This document shows positions 35,818-45,675 of a stretch of 64,000 bases of DNA, piece after piece. A program made the translations under genes and the position numbers. Every line of letters starts with the position of its first letter. Positions within the stretch are counted from its first letter, which is position 1. The notes beneath the pieces were generated by a model. The model had not been told where the DNA came from and did not search any database. It saw nothing but the letters and a program-made list of their open reading frames with translations. The stretch is from Podarcis pityusensis (taxonomy: Eukaryota), in NCBI GenBank assembly GCA_964106645.2, contig OZ067051.1; one strand, 5' to 3'.

Positions 35818-35842
35818 ATGGCGGCCGAGGCGGACTCCTGGG
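35818..35842 (+). CDS. EIF3J: EIF3J exon 1 (coding part)
   Basis: ATG GCG GCC GAG GCG GAC TCC TGG G|gtaagt (MAAEADSW). Confidence 0.9.
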
Positions 35843-38800
35843 GTAAGTCCGGCCCGGCCTAGTCCGGCCCAGCGGCGCGTCTTGCTCCCTCCCTCCCCCT
35901 TCCCCTCGGCCCAGCGCCGTCCGCTGACGCCGCTTTCCCTCCTTCTCCCGCCACAGACGTGGACTCCTTCGAGGCGCCGGACCCCGTGGCCAGGCGGCTC
36001 CTACCCACGCCGGCCGGGGTGGTGGCGGTGGATCGATGGGCCGGCGAGGACGAGGACGACGACGTCAAGGTGGGCAGCTTCTCCCCTCCCGGCCCCTTGT
36101 AGGCCCGGTCGCTATGGAGACGCCTCTGCCTCCCCCCGCGACAGGGGTGGGGACTTGGAAGCGGATTTGGGGGGGTCTTCTCCTCCGAGCGGGAACAGGG
36201 CGGGGGGGGGGGGAGCGTGTTGGAACTGCCTCCCCGTCCTTCCTCCGCGGCCCTCCATATGTGGAGCTGGGTCTCCTCCCTCTCGGGCTGGGTCTCCCTC
36301 CGGCTCGGGAAAGGGGCTGATGACTCAGCAGGAAAGGATCCTGTATGTAATGGGGGTGGGGGCTGCTCAGGCCGCCGCCTGCTGGGCCGCTTCCGCTTCT
36401 GCCATGTGGCGGCCCAACAGGTGCCGGGGCTGCTGCGCTGCTCGGCCAGCGCGGCCCCTCGGCGCCCCCTTGCCAGTCGTTCCAGGGAGCCCCGGACGTG
36501 GAAGCCGTTTCCCCAGTCGATCTGGAAGTTGGCCCCGCCGCGGGAGAAGCCGCGTGCGACTTGGTTGTGTCGGGCTCGGCTTTGGCACTTGCTCATCTAG
36601 GGCAGGATTTGGCCCGGGGGCATGTGGCACCGCCATGGCCAAATGCTTTATGCTGCCTGTATGTATGTGGGGAGGGGAGAGCGGGCCCAAGGAGATCTCA
36701 GCAAGGTCTGTATGGCCCCGCTGGTAGGGGTCACCATTGTAAGGCACCCCGCTTTTTTCTATGGACTTGAGATCTCTTGTTGTCAAGTCCTGCTTCTCTT
36801 GCTTGCAGCCGGCTGGCTCCGTTTCTTGGCTTAGACTGTGGGGCCTCCCTTGCTCACAGCCTGCAGAGAGAAAGGCAGGTGGGATTACCCAGATGTAGCT
36901 GCCCGCTGACCAGTCAGTATCTAATTACTATATGTTTTGGAAAGAGTGTGAGATCATGAAGGGGAAGGGCATAAAGATGGGAGCAGCTACCATCTCTTAC
37001 ACCAGGTAACATTACACTGGTGCCTAGGCAGGTGAAATAGGTAGTTTGAATCAAGCTTGTTCGGACTTCAGGTTAACCTAATAACATGAAATAGGTTTAG
37101 TATCTTTCAGGCAAGGTTCTAGTTGAGTTTTGCAGATTTTCCCTTAAAAGCAGACAAGGCAAATCATGAAATAAAACTTGTCAGGCAACTGTACCTTTCT
37201 GTGATGTAGCAGGGGGCTTAACAACAGAAAGCTGGGGAACGGTGCAGTGTTTGAGAGGGAGATATTTCCAATTGATCAAGCCATTCTTACTGGATTTGTC
37301 TCCAACAAAAATCATGGACGTGCTAAAATTCTTAATGATGGAAGAGTTTTTAATATATTTTTGGATTCTCTTAAAACAACCGAACAGTAACATTGTCCAT
37401 GTCTGTCATCTTGGGGCACAAACTTTGGTGCTCTGATGGAAGTTTAATGTAAGTTAATAACCCTGTTGATGGTTCATGTTTGAGTCTCTTCTGATTTCTG
37501 TTAGCTTTCTCTGATGCAGCTACCTTGCCAGATTCTTTCAGAACGAACATATTGTCGATATATAGTTTATTTCTATAGTGATCATATTCTCAGAGCTGGA
37601 ATAACTGTCATGAATTTGTTTTGTTTTTCTGGGGCTCCAGCCATGGTTGTATCAGGGGAGCAAATGGACTTGGGGCAGGGCCATATGTTCAGTCTTGCCC
37701 TTATCGGCCATGGGCATGGAGGTGTGTCAAGCCAGGCAGAGGGTGTGGCTGCTTGTAGGGTTGCTGCTGAGAAGCTAGACGCTGAAAGTGGGGTGTCAGA
37801 GGGCCTGTCCCTAGAATATGGCCAGGCACACTAGTTTACTTGTGGGAAATGAGTGACTGCCTGATGTGTGTCATAATCCCTGCAGGTAAAAATAGCCACA
37901 TAGTTTCCTTGGCTTATACTTCAAATATCTGTTGACACTTGTATAGTTTGTCAGAAATGTTACTTGCAAAAGATAAGTTGGTCTCTATCCACACAGACAG
38001 AGTGAATTTTTCAAGGATGCAGAGATGAGTAACTTGTAAATCATTGCTGTTGATTATTGAATGGAATGGAATGGAAAAAGGAGCCTCCCTTGCTACTGTT
38101 TCAAAAACAGGTTTGTAAATAGCCACTACTTTGGCTGCCTGCAGCAAGTAAGAACTTCCAGGCAGGGAAGGCAGTTCTTGTTTTATTGTTAGCTGCAGAC
38201 TGAAAGACTGGTGTGCAAGGGAAGATGATCCAGCTGTGCTATGAGGGACACTGCTGAGCCAATGCGCCATGTGTTGGAGCTGCAGCTCCAGGCAGAACTC
38301 TTGTGTTCTGGCACTTGCTGGGTGAGCAAAAGCACTCTGGACTGGGAAGTCCAGTTCCTCCCCTCTTGTTTTTCACTTATGTTGGTAATTAAAGTGTGCT
38401 GCTTGGAGTTAGCAATTAAGTCTGATGCTTTGTTGCAATTCTTCAAGGCCGGAAGGACCCGAGTCTGTGGCTGAGCTGGCTCCAGTGAGATGCAGAGATG
38501 CCATCTTGCAGCAGCTATATTAGCTCAAGGATGCTGTCTTAAGATGTCTTTGGTGGAAATAGCTAAGCAGCTGATGGCTGGCTTTAGCGCTCCAGTTGAG
38601 GGCTCCTCTCTGGAACAGCATCCACACAGGGTGACATTCTATAGCTTTTTACACTGTGGGAATGTTTCTCATTTTCCAAGGAAAACTTTCTTTTGTCCTT
38701 GGAAAAACATTCTTTGAGTGGGTCATAAAGGAAGCCAGCCTGCTGGCTGAGCTTGGCCTTAGTTGAGAGTCCATCTCTCAGTTCCTGTAACTCTTACGGG

Positions 38801-41800
38801 TGGGAGCAGTGAGATTCTTAAAGAGCAGAGTCATAATTCTGCCAACTTCCCTTGCATAAGGCCTCAGTGATCTGAAGTGGTGGAAATATACCTGGCCTCT
38901 TCAGTGGTAAGCCCTGGTACCAAGTTATCCACTCCAGTTCCAAAGACTGCATTGAATTATTTGCAAAAGGATCTAGTGTTGGGGTCAGGGGCTGCTGCAT
39001 TGGGCGTGACTGCTGACAACCAGTCCTACCTACTCTTTCCCCCATCTAGGATAATTGGGATGATGAGGAAGAGGAAGAAGAAAAGGAGGCGGATGTAAAG
39101 ACAGGTGAGAAATATGGCGGGGGAGGGGGACTCTGCTCCTTTTGTGGGGCAGGAGGGTGCTGGTTGTGGCATGGGCAGCCTCATGCATGTTTCCTGCAGA
39201 TGGGATTGGATACCTATGGATGATGTGTGGGTAGCAGTTCTTGTTCTGAATCCTTAGCACTGAAAAATAAAATGGAAGGAAATAATGTTGTGCCCTGTTT
39301 GCAGAACCCAAAGTTTCAGAAAAGAAGAAAATAGCAGAAAAAATAAAAGAGAGGGAAAAACTGCAGAAGAAAAAGCAAGAGGAGATTAAAAAAAGGGTAA
39401 GGCGTTTCTGAGATAGGAGAGGGTGGAGATCCTACTTCATGCACCAGATAAATTTCAGTGCCTTGATTCAGTTTTACCTGCCCTTTTGGTTTGTTAAGGA
39501 GTGAGCCCCAATAGCTTTTGCCTATGAGGATGTCAAAGAGCTGGGGGTGGGGAATACTTATCTGAGTTACCAAAGGCCAGCTCTATCCACGCAGTGAGAT
39601 CTTTGTCTGGATGTTCCGAGTTTGTCCCATGAGGTCACACTGAGCTGCTCCAGTTGTTGCTGCTTTGAGTGAGTTGCTACATGCGTAGCTGTCCCAAATC
39701 AGTTCCCTCTGCTTGTATGTAGATCACCTGGTGAGGTTAGCTTTGAGAGGCACCCTCCAACTCCCCAGGTGAACATGACTTCTCTGAGGGGAAGGCCCTT
39801 GATTTTGCTGCTGGGATTTGTAGTGTTGTATCTTACTTAAAGACCAGTCACAACAACAGAAAGTACAGGCAAACTTGATTATAATTGCAAAGGAAAGTGT
39901 TTTTTAAGACAATAATCAAGCTAGCAGAAGAAACCAAAAACGGCAAAAAGTTTTCATAACAGCCAGCTGTCACACTGGGTTAAATAGGGGGGATGACCAC
40001 CCTGAGCACTACAGGGGTCTTGTGGGTCTTTAAAGGCTCCATCTTGATGCTGAGGCCTCTTCCCAGGCTCCAATAAGGAAGGGGAAGGGGTGTTTGTATT
40101 TTAACCAAACTATAGAGCAGGCATAGGCAAACTCTGCCCTCCAGATGTTTTGGGACTACAACTCCCATCATCCCTGACCACTGGTCCTGTTAGCTAGGGA
40201 TGATGGGAGTTGTAGTCCCAAAACATCTGGAGGGCAGAGTTTGCCTATGCCTGCTTTAGAGGTATTTTATCTTGTTTTTCATCATTGTTGTGCCTGGTGA
40301 TGGACACAAATGACAGATTGAAAAGCTAACTTGTGCAAAAAAGGGGGGTCCATTTGACCCTGTAGAAGCAGTGTTATTACAGTCTTACATGACTATCCAT
40401 TTCTAGTAATAGGTAGGGGATTAAAAAAAATTTGTTTCATACTGGACTCTGCAATTTTTGCTATGTTGTTGCTTAGTTATATATATATAAACATATGCAA
40501 TTATTTTTGAAGTTTCACTTTTTTAAATATAGTTGAATAAAGCAAGAGTTAAACCTGTTTGTGATACCCCTGTATGCTCAACTAAGTGGTCAGATTTTTT
40601 TTCTAGAAGGGGTGTTCATGTAAGGACATTAAAGTAAAGATGCAAAATATTCCCACTATTTGCTCACTATATGAATGCCAAGCTTTCTAAAATCCACATT
40701 GGCTTCCATATTTAGTTTATTAAGCAGCATTGACAAAAGAGCTGCTGCATGTAGTTGATCTTGATTTTATTACTTCTTTCAAGTTAGAGGAATCGGAAGA
40801 ATCTAAAGAACTTACGCCAGAAGAACAGTTAGCAGACAAACTACGGCTGCAGAAATTGCAAGAAGAGGCAGACCTTGAGTTAGCAAAAGAAACCTTTGGT
40901 AAGTGTTAAGAGACTGCTGCAGGGACATGTATGGAATACACAAGGATGTTCTGTTGTCACATTTGCCGCCAGGGAGCCTGATACTTGAAATGGGGTGGGT
41001 GGGTTTGCCCCTCACTTCTGGGCACCACAGAAATGTAAATGATTTTTGCCATCCTGTCTCCAACACCACTCTGATCAATTGGCTGTTCTTTCTACAGGTG
41101 TAAATAGCACGTGTGGAATAGATGCCATGAATCCATCTTCCAAAGATGACTTCACGGAGTTCGGCAAATTGTTAAAAGAGAAAATAACACAGTATGAGAA
41201 ATCCCTATATTATGCTGGTTTTTTGGAAGCATTAGTTCGAGATGTATGTATTTCATGTAAGTATGCTTATCACAAATTTGCACTCTGCTCTTCTAAACAT
41301 GTGGAAGAGATAAAATGGGGATCAATTGGGAGAGGCTGGGTGGTCAGGTGGGGTTAAACTGGTGTTCTTAGTCTGTATAATATGTCCTGTGCTCCATCTG
41401 AAGACTGTTACAAACTGCAGCACTTCGGGCGTTTTTGTGACTTATTTTGCACTTGGCTCCCCTTCTACTCCGTTTTGCTGTTTTACGTAACAGTCAGCAT
41501 CTTTGTGGCATTTTAGTTAGTCCTATCGGCATTGCCTGAGGGTTTTTGGGATCATAATCTATTTACTGGACCAGCATGACCACCTAAAATATTTTCTGTG
41601 ATTGGGTTGTACCACTATGATCAGCCTTGTCCTTTGTATCTCTGTCACAGCAGCTGGGCGGCCTCCCCAAGGGGGAGACTTGACGGGTTTTCCTTTCAGA
41701 GATGTGAGAGCTTGTGAGCAATTGCTTATTTCATCTGTCTCCTGTTTTCCACTTACAAGCAGTATAAGGAAGAGCCGCCTTGACCTGGGAATATTGACCC

Positions 41801-43245
41801 AGGGCTGTCTACCCTGCTTGGCAGAGGGGTCTTTTTCAGCTCTGCATTTGAGATGCTTGTAACCTGGAGATGGCAGCGGCTGAACCTGTGGCCACAAGCA
41901 TCTGAACACCCACAATGCTTTGCTAGTAAGCTTCAGCCCTTCTTTCCCTTGGCTTCTTTCCATTCCGTCTGAAGCATTTTTTTCTGAAAGGGGCTTCCTG
42001 TGGAGATCTAAAATGCCACACTTGTTTTGTAAATAGGAATCCCATTATTCAGTAAGAGAAACAAACTGGGTCCAGTGCATGGAAAGCCATATGAATGACC
42101 ATCCTTACTGTGCTTTTATTTCCAATTTAGTGGAAGTTGATGACTTGAAAAAGATCACAAATTCCTTGACAGTGCTATGCAGCGAGAAGCAGAAACAAGA
42201 GAAGGTACGTCTTGAGCAAATTTCCTCTGAGAATGTTTGTGTTGGGTGCCCTCAGGGGTCGGCAAGGTTTATCTTGCCTGGGCCGGATTGCACACGTGCA
42301 CAGATGTGATTTCCGGCACTGCGGAAGCGAGTTCCTGCGCTGATCCAGTTTAGCACAGCGGGCAGGCAACTGGGTTCGGGGGCAGATCGTGGGCTGATCA
42401 AACAACCTCTGCGGGCTGCTTCCTGCCCATGGGCCTTAGGTTGCTGACCCCTGCTCTAGGTGATGCTGAGCGTCTGTAGAATGCTTCTTTCTAGTGACTG
42501 TGGTAGCATTCAGTTCTTACACCTTTCTAAGTTCCTAATCCAACTTTCCCCAATTGGGTGCCCTTCAGGTGTGGTCGGACGCCCAAGTCCCCCTCAGTCC
42601 CAATGGCTCAGGATTATGGGAGCTGTAGTTCCATACATCTGGACCATGCCAGATCAGGGGAGGGTTGTATGATCTAAATGGAAGCATTGATGCTAGAACT
42701 CTTTGCCATCTCCCTCTTACCATGTGCATCTTTGCAATACCTTTGCTGAAGCATCCCAAGATTGCCATGTTTAATGTGTTCAGTTTCTCGATTCTCGTTG
42801 CCTAGTTAAATCCATAAATTTTTCTGGTGAAACACAGTACTGTACACACATAGTCAGTAGATGGTACGGAATACTGTGATTGACTACCTCTTTCTCCATG
42901 AGAGAAAATTCAGGCAATGGCCATTCTTTTATTTGTAAACTGCTTTGCGGGTGGTGGGTTTGTTTTTAAGAATCTAGTGGCATATAAACTGCATGAAATA
43001 AATAAATCATAGTCTGTGTTTATAGAAAGTGCTGTTCTCTTTTCACTAACTTAGGGTAGGAATGCTGAGGCTGGGCTTTAACCCTTCCTAAACTGCTTCT
43101 GTCTTTCCCGCAGCAAAACAAAGCCAAAAAGAAGAAAAAGGGGGTGGTGCCAGGAGGTGGTTTAAAAGCGACTATGAAAGACGACCTGGCAGACTATGGT
43201 GGTTATGACGGTGGCTATGTACAAGACTTTGAAGACTTCATGTGA
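35818..43245 (+). CDS. EIF3J: Eukaryotic translation initiation factor 3 subunit J, complete spliced CDS, 8 exons, 254 aa
   Basis: join(35818-35842,35957-36069,39050-39104,39305-39396,40784-40898,41098-41256,42131-42204,43114-43245) = 765 nt. Motifs DSWD, DRWAGEDEDDDVKDNWDDE, LADKLRLQKLQEEADL, and C-terminal GYDGGYVQDFEDFM-TGA. Confidence 0.97.
35957..36069 (+). CDS. EIF3J: EIF3J exon 2
   Basis: ccacag|DVDSFEAPDPVARRLLPTPAGVVAVDRWAGEDEDDDVK|gtgggc. Confidence 0.93.
39050..39104 (+). CDS. EIF3J: EIF3J exon 3
   Basis: atctag|DNWDDEEEEEEKEADVKT|gtgaga. Confidence 0.94.
39305..39396 (+). CDS. EIF3J: EIF3J exon 4
   Basis: ttgcag|EPKVSEKKKIAEKIKEREKLQKKKQEEIKKR|gtaagg. Confidence 0.94.
40118..40253. 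mobile_element. Palindromic hAT MITE with perfect 58-bp arms
   Basis: Arms 40118-40175 and 40196-40253 are exact reverse complements; 8-bp TSD ctatagag / ctttagag. Confidence 0.92.
40784..40898 (+). CDS. EIF3J: EIF3J exon 5
   Basis: ttcaag|LEESEESKELTPEEQLADKLRLQKLQEEADLELAKETF|gtaagt. Confidence 0.94.
41098..41256 (+). CDS. EIF3J: EIF3J exon 6
   Basis: ctacag|GVNSTCGIDAMNPSSKDDFTEFGKLLKEKITQYEKSLYYAGFLEALVRDVCIS|gtaagt. Confidence 0.94.
42131..42204 (+). CDS. EIF3J: EIF3J exon 7
   Basis: atttag|LEVDDLKKITNSLTVLCSEKQKQEK|gtacgt. Confidence 0.94.
43114..43245 (+). CDS. EIF3J: EIF3J exon 8 (coding part)
   Basis: ccgcag|QNKAKKKKKGVVPGGGLKATMKDDLADYGGYDGGYVQDFEDFM TGA. Confidence 0.95.
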   Translation, partial: QNKAKKKKKGVVPGGGLKATMKDDLADYGGYDGGYVQDFEDFM

Positions 43246-44067
43246 CATTTCTTCTCCCTCCTGTTGTCTTTCTGTTGCCCATAATCCCTTAAATGTGTAG
43301 CACAACTTCTTTCCTTTAAATTCTGCCAAATGCTACAATCAAAAAAAGGGCAGTATATTTGTGCTGTTGGGTTAGCCTGTCGCCACTCAGCTGCTGAAGC
43401 ATTGGGATGCCCATCTCGATGCCAAGGGAGTAAAATTATGAGGCTCAATTGCTTAATCATAGGAAATAATGGAACTTTGTTCATGTTTGACTTCATAGCA
43501 GCAGAAGCAGCACCGAATTGGAAACTAATTAATTTCAACAAGGCCAAAATTGTATTCTTACCAGCACAGTTTAGTCATAACAGCCTTAACTGTACCTCTT
43601 CCACTGACTACCCAGACAACAAAAGCAGTTTGCAGCAAGGGGGCATGGTGTGTATTTAGTATTAAAAATGGCTTTTATCTATTAAACTAGAGCTTGAGGT
43701 GTTTCATTAGGTTGGCAAATGGCCTGAGGGAGAAGATTCTGCACTTGGACATTGGAGCTTTTGAAAGCAGCAAATAACCCTTTCTTTGGGTCAGAACAGA
43801 GGCTGGTTCTGTTGCATTGGGCAGGGGGATCTTGTGGCTTAAGTCTAAGCAGTTTAGTTTATACACATTTTTTTCCTGACTCTTTGGGAGAATTCTTTGT
43901 CACCAGGTTGTGGTGGCTTTAGTTGAGCTCTCACAAGACTTTGCTGTTTTTCATTTTTTTTCATTTACAGGAATCCTGCTTAGCAAACTGCAACAGTTAC
44001 GACAGTTGGGTAAATTGTTATGTTAACAATTATGACATCTGCAATGTTTTATAAAAGCAACTAATTT

Positions 44068-44073
44068 AATAAA
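44068..44073 (+). terminator. EIF3J: EIF3J poly(A) signal AATAAA
   Basis: AATAAA about 820 nt after the stop, followed by a GU-rich downstream element (tttggtttggttgtgttt near 44098-44116). Confidence 0.75.
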
Positions 44074-44375
44074 ATCACTATTGTGAGGACTGAGAGCTTT
44101 GGTTTGGTTGTGTTTCCACCTCGGGCAAGAACTGTTGCTGGATTGGGGCAAGCCCACTGCAGGGTGTTTAATCACAGGACATAAAGTCTTGTGGCACCAC
44201 AGAAGACTAACAGATGTCTTAGTTTTTGTGAACTGCAGTAACTCCATCCCTGCCAAAAAAAAAAAGTCCAAAGGGGCTGAGAAGCAGGGAGGAGTGAAGT
44301 AGGACTGCTTGGGCAGAGCCAGAGGCCAACTAGTAGTGTTTATCCTACCCATATCCCTCTTCCTTTCCATTGCTA

Positions 44376-44628
44376 CAGTGGTGCCTCTCAAGACAAAATT
44401 AATCCGTTCCGCGAGTCTCTTCGTCTTGCGGTTTTTTCGTCTTGCGAAGCACGGCTATTAGCGGCTTAGCGGCTATTAACGGCTTAGCGGCTTTAAGAAA
44501 AAGGAAACAAACTCGCAAGACGTTTCGTCTTGCGAAGCAAGCCCATAGGGAAATTCGTCTTGCGGAACGACTCAAAAAACGGAAAACCCTTTCGTCTAGC
44601 GAGTTTTTCGTCTTGCGAGGCACCACTG
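44376..44628. mobile_element. Young Tc1/mariner (Tigger-like) MITE between the EIF3J and SPG11 3' ends
   Basis: TA|CAGTGGTGCCTCTCAAGAC ... GTCTTGCGAGGCACCACTG|TA; internal TTCGTCTTGCG reiterated; intact CpGs. Confidence 0.92.
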
Positions 44629-44776
44629 TATTTGAGGGATGGATCTATGGGGAGATGCTAGGCAGGCTTGCTGTAAGCAAGGTGAGGGTCTAGACTGGTG
44701 GGCAGGCATGGTTTGGGGGCAATGGATCATGTCCAGAGATTCCCCACCCCTGCTCTCTAGGGTCAAAAGGCTGTTA

Positions 44777-44812
44777 TTTAATCAGATGCTTGTGGGAAGA
44801 TTTAATTTTAAT
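44777..44812 (-). terminator. SPG11: Candidate SPG11 poly(A) signals (three ATTAAA on the - strand)
   Basis: Plus-strand TTTAAT at 44777-44782, 44801-44806 and 44807-44812, about 700 nt past the TAG; I saw no minus-strand AATAAA in between. Confidence 0.4.
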
Positions 44813-45494
44813 TCGCCAAAAAGCAATAAAAACCATCAACCTGTAAGAGGTTGCCATGTTTTCTTTCTTCCTATCACTTCTGATTTCCCCCCACTAACAG
44901 CTACAAGCTTGCAAATGGATATGTATTTGAGGAGCAAGCAAGAATTGTAGTCAAGCAGAGATTTCTTTCCCCAGAAGAGCTTCTTTGATACTTTGAGAAC
45001 ATTAAATTATACATAACCAGGGAAAAGCAGGTATGGCAAAGTTTATACCATATGTTCAATATTAAATCTGCACAAAAAATATTTTTATACAGCAAATGGT
45101 TCTCCAATTATTCATATCATCCAGCAATATGCAAGGGGGAGAGGTTACCGAAGAGAAAGCCTGCCCTCATCATTTTGTAACCCAGAAACTCAGCTGCAGC
45201 TTCAAGAGCCAGCTTAGTTTTTAAGTAACCTCTATATTCAACACAAGGATTCCCAGAGAGAAAAGCTCTCCTAATAAAAAGTTCTAACTTCAACTGTCAA
45301 ATTAACTCGAAACCAACCCTGAGGTTAATATTCCTTACCATTTCATACCATTGATTAATGCTGTCATCCGCTTTGTTGCATGTTTCAGATACTGAAAAAA
45401 ATGTAACCGCTTCTGCACAAACCCCTGCCTGTACTGACCGGAGTTTCCTACAACAGCAGTGATGGCTGTGGCTCTTCTTTCTCCCAAGCATCAT

Positions 45495-45675
45495 CTAGTT
45501 GGCCAGCAGGTCCTTCAGACAACAACCTGTCTGAGCATCTTTTAGAAGCGTGTTCACTACGTCGCTGAACTGGTTGTCATAAGCCAGCTTGTAATACACA
45601 TAGATGTCATCGCAGTAGGTCAGCAGCCGCTTCAAGTTTTTCAGAGCAGGCTCATTACCTGTGTGCTGCTTGAAC
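45495..45675 (-). CDS. SPG11: SPG11 last exon (about exon 40)
   Basis: tccag|FKQHTGNEPALKNLKRLLTYCDDIYVYYKLAY...GCCLKDLLAN TAG. Confidence 0.93.

Larger units (their letters stand above)
35190..36760. promoter_or_regulatory. CpG island / EIF3J promoter, probably bidirectional
   Basis: Abrupt rise in GC and CpG content. GC box GGGGCGGAG 35679-35687, E2F-like GGCGGGAA 35694-35701, YY1-like CCATTTT 35633-35639, and AAGATGGCGG over the ATG. Confidence 0.9.

Noticed and set aside
35859-36786. Long ORFs in the CpG island (245 aa on -, 281 aa on +, 139 aa, 127 aa)
   Set aside because: Expected from stop-codon depletion in GC-rich DNA; low-complexity Pro/Arg/Gly translations. The real coding sequence here is EIF3J exons 1-2.
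44399-44626. Reiterated TTCGTCTTGCG motif with spacers, superficially CRISPR-like
   Set aside because: Eukaryotic context, 11-bp irregularly spaced repeats, bounded by terminal inverted repeats and a TA duplication, so it is a MITE
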